DNA of 64,000 nt from Lama glama (taxonomy: Eukaryota), in contig CM052818.1 of NCBI GenBank assembly GCA_028534125.1, positions 12,402,001 to 12,466,000 of the forward strand, written 5' to 3'. The notes beneath the pieces are model-generated. The model did not search any database. It was not told the DNA's origin and saw only the letters and a program-made list of their open reading frames with translations. Position 1 is the first letter of the stretch. Every line of letters begins with the position of its first letter. Shown here in pieces: positions 13,090 to 26,080 of this stretch. A program made the translations under genes and the position numbers.

Positions 13090-13258
13090 GTAGGAAGGTA
13101 TAGCTCAAGTGGTAGAGCACATACTTAGCATACATGAGGTCCTGGGCTCAATCCCTAGGACCTTCTTTAGGAATAAATAAATAAACCTAATTACCTGCCC
13201 CCACCAGGGGAAAAAAAAAACTAAAAAAAAATCTAATTCATTAAAAAATAAAATAAAA
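13090..13258 (+). mobile_element. tRNA-Ala(AGC)-derived camelid SINE (Vic-1-like)
   Basis: A box tagctcaagtgg, cttagcat anticodon region, degenerate B box gggctcaatccc, tail aataaataaataaacctaattacc plus A-rich end; homologous to 54519-54660. Confidence 0.85.
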
Positions 13259-14329
13259 TGGTATCATGATGTTTGGCAAACTCCTAGTTCTATCTTCTCT
13301 TCCTTCTTCTTTTTGTTTCTTCTGACACCCCATCCCATCAACTGTGCCACCTTCAAAAAAAAAAAAAAAAAAAAAGGAAAGAAAATCCTTTCTTAGTGTC
13401 ATCTCATGGAGGGTTAATCTGGCCAGACCCAGCCTTTTAACCTGAACTGAGTAAGATAAGATCTTTCTTCCGAATAAAAAATGTTCCAGCAAATTTTTCT
13501 GACCTAAACACTCTTCTCCACTGAATTACTTATAGACTGATTTCTATTTGGTCAAAACAACAGATCTATTTATCAATATCTAACTCTCCAGCGTCTATTC
13601 CTCCTTTCTGAGACCTCTTGTGCTCTTATTTGTAAGCACATTTGTAGTTGATCTAATCTGCTGGGCAAATGCTCCTTTCCTCTCCTGCTGTTTCATTTAT
13701 ATTCGCTCCCTCCAGAAGGATGATGTCCATATAAAACAAGACTGTTCTTGATTAAGGGTATAGAGGTTGCTGTAAACCCTTATTAGAGTTTCCCAAATGT
13801 TTAAAAATTCCATTTGTAGGGAAAAAACTCAGTTATGTATATATATAAACCAAACACTGTAATGAGACACATTAAAATAGTAACAGTGGCTATTGGTGAT
13901 TAATGCAATTATTAGTTATTTTTACGTTTTATTATATTTTTCAAATATAAGTATGTGTATGTACATGCGCATACACACACTTTTAACTAAAGATAATAAA
14001 TCCATTAACTCCATAGACTGAAGGATATTTTCTCATAGGGTTATATGCGTAGTGTTAGACTGTTGATAGATATATTAATACTCTGATGGTTATTTAGAGT
14101 AATTGTGTATTCTCTTAAATTCAGAAGTATGCTTACACAGAAATAAGTGTTTATTCTCTTGAAACTTAAGAACGTCTACTAAACAGAAAGAATAAAAAAA
14201 AAAACTTAAGCTCCAAACACTTTTGGCATGTTACAAGATGGAATTCAAATAGCAAAGTAAGTTCCAAGGTAATTTTCACATTCTCAAGTAAATGTATTAT
14301 TTTCTTGATCTTTTCGTTATGAGCTCTTT

Positions 14330-15040
14330 CTGTAACTGAATATCTTATGGAATTATGCTAAACTTTCAGCTGCTCTGCTCTGCTGGCCTAATGTTTGCAA
14401 GTCTTTTCTAAGCCAAACCCCCAATATTATGCTGCATCGCTACACATTAGGTGTCATTAAATATCTATTTCATTTATTGAAAATTTTGACATGTCCACCA
14501 TAAATCGAAGACCTGGTTTAAAATTGCTCAATACGGGGCTGTCATTTAGTATTAGACCAGGGAGAAGGCAATACGCTGGCATGTAAAGACCTTAAAAAAC
14601 AATTTTCATCTGTTATTAAGTAAACAAAAATTGACTTTCATGTTGTGAATTTTAATGAAAAGAAAAGAAATTATGTAGACTTTGTTTCAAAAAGGCATTT
14701 ATGGAACTAGTGGGTTCATTCCTATTTTTTCCTACAGGCTGTCATTTGTCAAATCTCAGTATCAATCTAAAAAGAATTTTGTAAGGGATATAAATGATAA
14801 ATAAACTAAGTCTGAATACCCCAGTTTAACTTCTTCCACAGGATATTTGCAGGAAGTAAGGAGGCTGTATGGTAGCAGAAAATAATTGGATGCATCTTGT
14901 TTAAATGCTCCATGTTTAAATTCTGCATGCATCTTGTTGAAACTATACATGTCATTGTTCCATGACAGTGATCAGAAATGCTTAAAAAGGTTTGTCTAAA
15001 TTTTTCGACACATAATTCAGCTGTCAGGTTGACAACTAGA
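14330..15040. promoter_or_regulatory. Candidate conserved enhancer (MEIS/PBX-HOX motif cluster)
   Basis: Nine TGACA/TGTCA sites in 14452-15034; ccataaatcg at 14498-14507; no recognisable repeat. Confidence 0.45.
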
Positions 15041-15331
15041 GGTATATTGTTAACTACTAAATTACTCTCTTTCCTCTTGGATTACCCTCACATTAATTTC
15101 TGCTAGTTCTTCTCCATTATACAATCAAAAGAAAAAAAAACATTTTTTCCATTATGACCTGCATACATTAAACTAGGAGTTCTCACTGCTTGAAACATTC
15201 CCCTCACTCAGCCCCTTTAAGAAAACCTCATTAACTTTCAAGATTCAAATCAAGCCCCATTACTTCCAGGATATGTACCCCATCGTCAGGTGATGCCCTG
15301 AAATTTCTACTACCAAGCCTATTTCTTTGTT

Positions 15332-15414
15332 TGTGTATGTGTATCAACATACGAACATACATGTGTTCATATATGTGTATATATTTATATGTGTGTATGT
15401 ATACATATGTGTGT
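15332..15414. repeat. Degenerate (TA/TG)n microsatellite
   Basis: tgtgtatgtgtat...atatgtgtgtatgtatacatatgtgtgt. Confidence 0.7.
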
Positions 15415-18400
15415 AAATTTTTTTACTTAAAACTTTAGTGTTTTTGATGGTAGGGATTACACTATATTTCTTTGGTATTTCTTTAGTACTCTTTAAAACT
15501 GGAAAGGGTATTCTAAATACCTAACCACTGGTTCAGCATGGGCCTGGACCTGTCAGAACAGATGCTGGCTGCCAACAGCCAGTACATCCATGCTGTGTGA
15601 ACAAGTTAAATATCAGCTCTACTATAAGGTACTTATATGTATGTGTGTTGCTTGTTTAAAAATAATGATGATAAAACAAGGAACAACGTAGTAAGGACAT
15701 TTCACGAGTGTGTGCCATTAGACTATAATTTAATAAACTTTTATGTCTAATAAAGTTGCAAAGACATAGACCATATGGCCACTTTCTAGCATAGAAGAAT
15801 GTGGTCAAGTTCCAGGGAAGGCAGATCATCTCCGTGCAATTATTTGAAAGCTGAGCTGGCATCTCTGGTACGAGTGTAAATCACAGGCAGTCAACATATA
15901 TTTATTTGAGTTATCAACAACAACAAGCTATAATCATTTATTATGTGTCCACTTTGTGCCAGGGACAGGGCTAAGGATTAGGGGAAATACATGATGTGTA
16001 ATCTATGATTCAAGGTGTTATGCAAATCCCCACAGGCCGTGTCCTACTGTTTGAAGCAAGACAGTCAAAGAGAAAAACCTCGAACCAAGGAATACTGTAG
16101 TTCAGCCATCAATATCCCATGAACAATATTAGCAAACCCAGTCATAGTACAGATTGTTTTGGGTAACTTTTGTTTCTCATTCTTTCTCATACAAAAGTTA
16201 AACTTGTGCTGTTGGTTTCCTCTTTCTTTCTCTCTCTTTTTTCAACTTTGCAGCAGTGACAATTTATGGATCCAATGATTTCTCACATTGTACTTGAAAA
16301 ATGTTTCTTTATCCAAAGGTTAACTCCTTTAGGAGTACAAACCTCTAAATTTTCTCTGTTGCTGTATTAGTCCGTACAACTAGATTCACTAGGCTCATAA
16401 ATCTATCAATTTTCTAGTCTATAACAGTGTAATCCCTGAAATCTCATAGATATAAATGGAATTGCTAATTTTCAGTAAATCTACAGAAACAGGTAATAGT
16501 GTCATGCGCCCCCAGTTCCAATCATTTTAGCAATAATAAATGATACCACAGGGACTCACTTTAGGTCGTAAAATTTACTGATCAGGATACAGATTTTAAC
16601 CCCAAAAGTATTTTATAAGTTTTCCCTTTTTTGCCACTTTAAAGTATGAATTCCTAGAATGATTTCTCACTTAAAGCTGATTGTAAATAGAAAAGAGGAA
16701 AAAAAATAAATGAAGAATTTCTTCAGGTCAGTATTTTCTAGTAAAAGGAGACAACACAAGTAATATTCAAGAAATTATCTCAAAGATACACAATAATACG
16801 TATATTGATTGCTTAAAATTTAAGCATTTGGGCAAAATATGAAAGTACTATTTATATTCTCATATTTTATAAATAATGCACATCGTAAACAGAAATGTGC
16901 TTTTCTAATGAATGATAAATTTATGCTTCTGAAACAAATTCTCTAAATATACAAATTTTTAATTTTCCTAAATAATTACATTATACTTTCCTATTCTTTA
17001 AAAGCAGAATAATGCAATTTCATTTGAAGTTTTTATTTTTTATTTGTGAGAGTTTTACTATTATTTCTAAAATACTGCTCACTTACCCATGGTAACTATC
17101 ATTCATCCATATCTTAGGATACATTAAGGATATTGCATTAGATGTAACTCAGAGGATTATTTGACTCTGCAATTGTATATGAATGACCTCTGAAATCATA
17201 TGGCTATAATCACCTTTTAAACAAACTTAAGGAATTGGTAAAAAATGAAATTATCAGTACTTTAAATGTATTTAAATACAATTTTATTTTAATAAAATAA
17301 TTGTGAAAGGTATGAATTGAAATTCATTCTAAATGAAAGCTGACCCTGTAGTACTGAAATCTTTAAAGTCTTTGAGTTTCACAGGATAAACTTTGGGATT
17401 TCTTGGGCTAAGCTTAAAGTGGATGTGTGACAGGCAGAATGGATTAGCTGTGTTCTTTGCTATATTTTTATAATCAAAGCCAGAATGAATAGAGCAGTTG
17501 AAATGTTAAATCAGTATTCCCTCATTTATCCACTCTCACCAGAAATGCACACGCATATCAGGTACTGGTCAGCAAAATACACATCGGGTAACAGTCTTGT
17601 TTCTTTTGTGGACAGCTTATGGTATATTCATGCTTCTTCTCTACTTTTATAATAAAGTGCACATTTTCTTCCTCACTGTGTGGCCAAGTTGAGTTGGTAA
17701 TAGATGCTAAGTAAGCCATCTAAAAGAAGTACAGTATGCAGTTACTTGGAACAGAGTCTTACATGACTGGTTCTAGTGTAAATATACAGTTTGGGAGAGA
17801 GCTCTGTAATAGTTGGGATGCCCAAAGAGACGTCTTTAAAAATGTAAACATTTATTATAAAAAGAGAGTTCTAGTATTCTTGACAAGAAGATTGGTTTTA
17901 CTGGTCAGGTCAGTACCCTTATGAAAATTAAACACTCTGTTGTACAACAGAATCTATGCTGAAACTACAAGATGGATCACAACATGCTGAGAAATATGTG
18001 AACATACTTTTACACTCCCCATAAATATTTATTAACAGCACACATGATTTTGAGAAATATATTCTGAACAGCAACTCAAATATGTCATATTCAAGACATT
18101 GAAGAGCAGCTCGTGCCTTCCTCTGAGTCACTCATTGAAAATAGGATTGAAATTTCTAGGGTCAAAATCATTACTACCATCTCTGACTTTGCCACTAATG
18201 ACTGGGCTATATCTAGTAGAATTTGGCAGACTAAGTGATATCGTAGTGATCTTTGGAGAAATAAAACGTTATTCACCGGTTCTGGTACAGATGCTATATT
18301 TGGATACAGGAATTTCTTTTTTACTTAGCAGGACCATATGTGTGAATATCACTTGCCTGAACCTTTCATGTGTATGAATTATTCATTCATTCATTTACTG

Positions 18401-19729
18401 TTATCCAGTCATTTATCTATTTATGTATTCCCCTAACCTTATTCCACGAAACATTTGAACAGCATATAGGAAATACAGTTTGAATTCTGACTTGGAACTT
18501 GGTAAAGTGATTCCACTATGGTCTGCTTTTTGGAAGGTCCTGCCAAACAATGCAGTGGAAAAGGGAGCAATTTTAGCCATGCAGATGTTTTGTTGCAGTG
18601 ATGCCAAATGCCCACCAGGAAGCTAAAACATCTGGGTGCTTGAATTAAAATTTTCTCCTTTCAGCAGATTTTTGTTGCTTGAACCGACATTGTGTCAATG
18701 AAAAGCCCTCGCCTGTTTATATAATCTCCTGGGATATATGAATGCAGATATGTGAGGCCAAATTGACAGCATCGTATTTAAATCACTGTTCCTGCCTTGA
18801 CCCCTTTTAAAACTATAAAACCCTTCCTCGAAAATCATAGAAAATGTACTCAATTGGATGGACCAACATAAAAAGAATTCATTTTAAAGGACCTAATTCT
18901 CAGGTTTCTCATTTTCAGACAGGTCATTTTCTTTGAATTATCATTTTAATTCATGGATTAGTGACAAAAAGAATGTAGTTTATGAAAAGATAGTCTGGTA
19001 ATTATAGACTTCCCTACAGACTGAAACAGCGTATCACGTTGTACAAACAAAAACATGAGAATGGTTGAGATATTATTATTTTATATTGAGAAACAATTTA
19101 ATTATTTAGGATGTGGTTTTATTTTTTCATATGCAGCCAATCATATTCTATTATTAAAAACTGTTGCCATGGTTTCCGGTTTGGAAAATTGTACTTATTG
19201 TATTATGGCAACATAGTGGAGATTTTGCTTTCACATTAAAAAAGATCGAATAAAAAGTTTCCCAATAAATTAAATTGTGCCACACAAATGTATTATATAA
19301 TTAGAGCTTATTAAAAATATTCAATATTGGCTCTGTTGGCATTTTGAACATTCTTAAGTTAGAATAATCATCTGCCCCTTTTTCTTCATGTTTCCCCCAA
19401 TTAGGTCGGCTTCATCCTTCACATTGAAATGTTTATAGAGATAGTCTAAAAACACACTGCAGGTGGGATTGCGACATAGGGCCTGCGGGGAGGGAAGGGG
19501 CTCGACAATGCCTCTGCTCAGCACAGAGGGAGGAAAGTATGAAAGACAGAGATGGACTCTGGAAAGCAGTGGCTATTTAATGAGTTGGGGTACTTTAATT
19601 TTCGTCAACGTTTGCTTTCCAAGGCCTGTCTTGCCTTGTTGCCTTCCTATGCACCTTCCCTTTGTCTTTCTTTCCAGCAGATTTATCTTGATAGTGTACC
19701 ATTTCATCCTACTTAATTACTGCCTAGTT

Positions 19730-19895
19730 CGTATTTGACCCTCAGAACAACCCTGCGAGGCAAATCTGATTGTCCCATGTAAGGGTCGGGAAAGCACCTG
19801 TGAAAGGGGCTGAAGCAGCTTGTCCAAGTCCGGGCTGGCAGTGGTGGAGCTGGGATGGTGCCCCGGTGCCCAGGTCCTTCTCCAGCACACGGACC
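19730..19895 (-). mobile_element. MIR SINE (GC-rich copy)
   Basis: atttgaccctcagaacaaccctgcgaggc...cagcttgtccaag...gtggtggagctgggat. Confidence 0.6.
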
Positions 19896-20334
19896 ACTTG
19901 GCTCCATGCCTGGCCTTCAGCAGTGATGTGCTCAGGTTGTATGGACAACTAGTTCAAACGTGATTTTGACCTTTGTTTAACGAATTTTGAATTTTCTGTT
20001 CTTTTCCTCATATTTTAAGAACATCTGTTTTCTAAATAAGGAAATTCTCATATTGAGGGCTGACCATGATGGATACTGAGGACAGACCCCAAGAGTGAGC
20101 GACAATCCCTAAGAGGATTGTCAAAGCCAGAAAACAACAACAGCAAAAAGGCTGTCAGTTTTTCAGTTGTACAATTTTTCTGGAGACAGAGCTATTAAAA
20201 ACAAAAGCTAGACTGCAGGATTGATTTTTAAAAATACGTAATTGAGATGTATAGCAAAGTTGTATATCCCTTCTATATACTCAAGCAAAGTCTTGAATTT
20301 CACCCTTACTCTAGAGGAAAGGCAAGGAACTAAC

Positions 20335-20670
20335 TTTCCCTGAGCACTAATACTGTTTTAGGTCATTCAATCTATAGAACAATATATAGAATTGACATTA
20401 CTAACCCCACTTTACTGGTAAAAAAAGATGGAACAGCTCAGAGAATTTAATGTTATTTTTGGAAATAAATAATAGATAAGATTTTATAAGTACTGACCAT
20501 GTACAGCTAATACGGATTAACTCATTTATTCTTTACAACAACTTTAAAAATGAGGTAATATTAATTTCTCCATTTTTCACATTAAAAAAGCCAAGTTTTA
20601 GAGCTGGTAAGTAGCTTTCCAAGACTCACATAGAAGAATTTGATTTAGTCAGTTCAACCCTACTGTCTTT
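20335..20670 (-). mobile_element. Two tandem MIR fragments
   Basis: ccccactttactgg...gctcagagaattta and aactcatttattctttacaacaac...ctccatttt...ctttccaagactcaca. Confidence 0.6.
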
Positions 20671-23600
20671 TACCGACAATATAAACAAACAAAAAAATAG
20701 GGCAGTGTAAAATCCTTCGACTGCACCGGGATGTCGGGAAAGGAGAGACTGGCTGCTGGCCAGGATCACAGCTCCTAGAGAATGGAGTCTTCTAAAGCCC
20801 TCATCTCCCCACCTTCTCTTTCCAATGGTACAGCCCACACCGAGTAACTTCATTCCATGAGGTGCCTTACTGGGCATACAACTACTTCATTTTCTGAATT
20901 ATCCCTGTGTGGCTCTAAGACTTGCGGTAAAGTCTGGAAGACATTTTCCAGCCTGATGTTCGTGGGGTCACTTCTTTAGCAGTAACTGTCGTCTCTGCTA
21001 CTGCTTGTTAGCACCTTGAATGAAGACTAAGTAGAGTGGGTGAAAGGCTCAGATCATGCAATGTACTATTTAAAAGATACATCTTAGAAGAATAGATGCT
21101 GGAAAAAGAAGTAATGCTTTGTGAATTATCTCTGATTTTGAATTATCTTTGGAAAATTTAGTGACATACATTAGAAATACTAGAAAAAAAATCAAGAATA
21201 AGTTGGAAATATTGCCAGATTTCTCCTTCAAGGTCAGATACACATATTTAAAGATACAAGTATATTAAATATATAAAATTTGTGTATATAAAATTTAAAA
21301 ATATAAAATTTTCCTAGCATACAAGCATTGCTGATTATCAAGCAAGCTATGGGTTTTTACAAATAATAAAAATATGATATTTGAAATGCAAATTTATTAT
21401 TTTAAGAAGCCATGAATAAAAGGACAACCCAGGCAATTATTCCCTGAGTAACTGAATGAACTATATTAAAATATTAAAACATGAAAGACACACAGTAAAA
21501 AGAAAATAGATAGCAGAAAAACTCATTAATCCTATGACGTTTTGAAAAATCCATTTTCAACACTGGGCAAGAGAAATAATACTAGTATAGTCTTTAAAAT
21601 TTATTATGCTCTTCATAGAAACATGTTTTCTAGCTCTACCAACCCAAGGTCAAGAGAGCAAAAGACAATTAGAGCCTGAAATCTTTATAGTTAAACAGAA
21701 TAAAAGGAGATGAAAATAGTTGTAAGTTTCAACAATGTGTTTTAATGAGAGCACCAAAAACCACAAGGATGCAATTGAGCTCAACCGTGAAAATATGAAA
21801 GTTTCTGTCACATTTGTGGATCCTCAGTTTAATAAAATATTAAAGTATTTTTCCTGCAGTGATTATGTGTTTTGAATATCCTTTGGGTTTACATTTCACA
21901 GTATTTTATCTTCTTTGGCTTATGTCAGAAGGAAATCATTCATGGCTCAGGTGTATTGGGTCCTCTGTCAGAAGCCAAGTGCTGTCTCAAGAGGTGGGTG
22001 TAAAATATGGTCTTGCAGAGGGATCCTGCAATTAAGACTTTCTTCTCATTTAACAATATTGCTGATACCCATCTCCTGAACAGCAATGGGGTGTGATTTA
22101 TAGAGTGATTGAAACATGTTCTGTCTCCAAACCTACTATTTTCAAAGTTTTCCATCTGCATAGGCCTTGATGGATTTGAGGTGTGAATTTTTTTGTTGTT
22201 GTTAAATTTATATTTTTGTGTCTAGGGAAAAAAAGATCAAGGAGTCTGGTAACCATAAGGAAATCCCTAGAACTCAGATAAAATAATTGAAATTCCATTG
22301 AGTCACATGTGGTTTGAATTTCAGGATAAAACAGTTGAGTTTAATGTTACAAATATAATTTTTACTGCCTATCTTTATACTTCAGGAGGAAATTATTTAA
22401 GCACTGATGTTGGGAGAAATGACTCTTAAGAAAATGTACAGAGCATTTCCGCACTGAAATAAAGATACAGCTATTCAAAATTGTCAAAAGAAATGCTCTT
22501 TCCAATCTTTCACCTTCTCTGTAGGCTGCTTCTATGTTTGAAAATATTTTACACATTGAGTTTCACTTCTTCAACATTTGTTATATCTCCTCGATCCTTT
22601 TCTCAGCATGAAACCTGACTCAATCTTAAAGATAATATCTTTCAGATGGAAATATTTCTCTTACTGATATCAAATAAATTTCCAATGTGAAATTGACACC
22701 CCAAGTTTTATTTTAAAAAGGAGGAAACTCTGCTAGCTTACCCAAAAAGAACTGACATAGGTATGTGACTTTATACAAAGAGGAAAGTCAGTGAATGAGA
22801 AGTCTCTTTGGTTCATCTGCAAGCAAGCCATTATTTTCATTGGAGCAAGCATGTTAAAGAAGAAAATATGGCTTTGTCAACTGTGAATTTTACTGCTATT
22901 TTTTTTCTGCAAGCCCCCTGTGGGGAAAGTATAACCTCAAATCTCTCTAGAGAGATGAGGTATGAACAAATTGTACATTGAGATAAATTTGAATAAAGAA
23001 CATTTATGAAAATAAAGTGAATTGAACACCTTAAAAAAATCTTAATATACAGCTTAATGGTACATTTGAGGAAAAGACAGCTTGCAAATGTGGCAGGAAA
23101 TAAACAGATCATCACTTAGAAACATAACACGCACTAACCCTAGAGACACAATTGAAGTTCATCCCAAGTACAGGGCCTGGGAGTTTGGCCAAGAAAATTA
23201 TCTCATGGGGTCTAGAGCTTGATTTGTATTTCACATAATATGAAGTGGCATTCATTACCTTGTAATCGATATGCAGATAAGAAGAAATTATTTATAGCAC
23301 AATTAACTGGGAAGGAAAGAGTACCATATATGTACATATGGGAAAACTGAGGGTTTCTGACAGGACCATAAACCATAAAGAGACTTTTGACAATGATCAG
23401 ACCTCTGAGATAACCTGCTGCCTTGGAAATTCATCCAGCTTTATGTGCTCTAATATATTTGTCATCATCTTTTGGTGTCACACCTCAAGCGTAAACTGGA
23501 TGTTTATGAAATTTCTCCTCCCCCTCCACAAAAAAATAGCTGAAGTTGTTTTGATTTTTTTTGAAACATTTAGAAAAATAGTTCCAAAATGATCTCCTTA

Positions 23601-23801
23601 GAACAGGAGTTCAGTGAGCTGTTCATAACCAGTTGGAGAGAGATGCTCGGTTGAGGAAGGAAACAGGACTCCTCAGAGTCTTTAATCTTCGTATCAATAT
23701 TGTAATTCTCCATGAGGAGAATAAATTATATAGTATTTCCTATCCCATTTAATTGCAAACCTCTCTTCTTTGGCATGCTTGTTTGAGAAACAACCTGCAA
23801 C

Positions 23802-23878
23802 AAGGAAAGGAAGGAAGGAAGGAAGGAAGGGAGGGAGGGAGCGAGGAAGGGAGGGAGGAAGGAAGGAAGGAAGGAAAA
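23802..23878 (+). repeat. (GGAA)n/(GGGA)n homopurine microsatellite
   Basis: 77-nt purine tract with a single C at 23842. Confidence 0.95.
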
Positions 23879-24954
23879 TGGAGTGACTATTTTTGAGACC
23901 TTCACTAACTAACATACACTGGAATGCATCTGTATTCTGCATCCAAATAAGTGCTTTTTATACAAGGCCTTCTCTAAATGATTTTGTTTTGCTTAGCAAC
24001 ATCCTGCTCCAGGATCCTCCATCCTCTGCCAGAAGTCCTTTCGAGGATGGCAGCTCATGTTTGGTGAGAAGGACTGTTTGACGAGTTTCCTTCCCAGTTG
24101 GCACCATCACTGCCTTACCCCGCAGACCCTCACTAAGAAGCCCAGGTGCCCAATAAGCATCAGATCACTAAGGACTGTCCTGGGCTTCCAGATCTCCCAG
24201 GGCTTTTTTTTTTTTTCCCATATAACTAGTTATTGGAAATTCAGGGCCGTATGTTCTGGGTCATGAACCAGAAAGACCAGTAGTTCATGGAAGCGCTTCC
24301 AGCATGAGGATTGCTGCGACACCGCTGACAACACCACATTTAACTCTCCACATGATCCTGCTCAGTGTGCCTTTGCTCGTGCACTTTTCTCCACCTGGAA
24401 AACCAATCTTTTCCACTTCTGTTTTCCAAACACTTAAAAAAAATTTGATAGCAACAATAGAAATGCCTAAGAGTTATAAAATGTTTATAATATTAGAAAC
24501 TGTGCAAAGTTCTTTAAGATAGTACATCTTATTTTGAATTGCTGTCTGAGTTTATTAAAATTTCGAGATCTTAAAAAAAATTCAGAAGCACAACCACTAA
24601 TATAATCCATAACCCAACATCCATAGTTTTTAAAAGTGACATGTTTTCTTTCATTTTCCTTACATAAAAGAAAGAATATGTTACTGCTAATATGAAGTCT
24701 TTTCTTAGCCACCCTCTTATGTCCTATTCATCTCGCCCATTCTCAGAGGCAAAAATGTCATGAATTTATTGTAATGGCTTATATTTATAGAGATTCTTAT
24801 GGATGAATATGATTTCATGAAAAATATATAGTATTATTTCAAGCAAGTTTCGCAAAACCCACACAAATCATACCATGTTATACAGACATCATTTTGACAC
24901 TAGCCGTTTTCTCCTACCATTGTTTGTAATGTGCTCTTCATGTCAACGTAGTTC

Positions 24955-25425
24955 AGTGGTTCTTAACCTCTGTCGTGCCAGAGGCCCATTGTAGCCTGGT
25001 AAAGGTAATGGTCTCCTTTTCAGGGTAAATTTTCAGTTTTCCTAAATACACGTAGGATTACAAAGAAACTCAATTATATTAAAGTTTATCTAGCAAAGTA
25101 GTAAGACACTAATTATAATGTACTAAAGCATTTCTTTTTTCATTAATACATTAAATAATAAGACCTGGTAATGAATCTGTGCTGCTCTAATTAGAAGAAG
25201 TGATGAGAGTAAACAGTATTTCTGGATGTCGGCAGCAACTGTAATGTTCCATGAAAAAAATCTGTTAACTCTTAATTTTAACAGTCTCAGGTATGACTCA
25301 TGCCATTCTGGATTGTTGCCTACATTTATAGTAAAAAGAAGTAGCTAAAATTTCAATTAGGGCTTAGTGATGATTAAAAAAAGTACATTTATTTTTCACT
25401 CAGGCTCATAGGCCTCCTGAATTAC
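24955..25425 (+). mobile_element. MER119-like hAT-Charlie DNA transposon nested in an old L1ME
   Basis: cagtggttcttaacct start, taggattacaaagaaactcaattatatt, taatacattaaataataagacc. Confidence 0.7.
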
Positions 25426-25799
25426 TTACATATTATCTTTTCATTGAGGTATAATAATACATATTATTTATTGTAATTTTTCTCACTTCAGTTAATTGCC
25501 AGTGTCTTCTCTTAATTTGTTGCTTGATTTTTTCCCTGTTTATGGAGTTTTTTAATCAAGAAATTAATTTTTTGATTTAGCTGAATGTATTTTTTTTTCC
25601 TTTTGGGAATTTTTTTTTTCCTTTTTAGCCTTTTGTGTCTTGTACAGTAGGGTATTTTCTCATATTTTATTCCAATAATTTAAAATGGTGTTTTTCACCT
25701 TTAGGCTTTTAATTTACCTGGACATTTTAAAATGTATTTTGTTAGGAAGGTCCTTAAGTTTCTTTCCTGCAGTATCTTACTTGATCCTTAAAATAAAGC

Positions 25800-26080
25800 C
25801 AACATTTTGGTAATATTATTATAACCTCTTTCAAAGAGCAGCTTAATTCTGACCTTCCCATGACATCAATGCTGAGTGCTCCCTTTTACAGGTATCTTCC
25901 TCTTTCTAGATATCTATTCCATTTGTATTCATTGTTATACTTTTTTACTTAATTTTTCTTTTTCCTTAAGAGTTTATTTGTTGCCTCAAAAGATGGCGAA
26001 CATTTTGAGGACAGAGATAGCGTTCTTTAAAAATATTTTTTTTCAATAGTGACTAGTAGAGTGTTGGCCAAATGATTGAA
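25800..26080 (+). mobile_element. L2 3' end
   Basis: tttgaggacagagatagcgttc...gactagtagagtgttggc...atgattgaa. Confidence 0.5.

Noticed and set aside
13090..13170. tRNA-Ala gene (also at 54519-54592)
   Set aside because: Degenerate stems and boxes plus a shared SINE-specific tail and A-rich end identify both as SINEs.
13355..13376. Long polyA as the tail of a retrocopy
   Set aside because: No TSD or recognisable upstream body found; treated as a simple mononucleotide run.
21270..21312. Three copies of atataaaattt, and AT palindromes near 17267-17303
   Set aside because: Low-complexity AT-rich slippage products.
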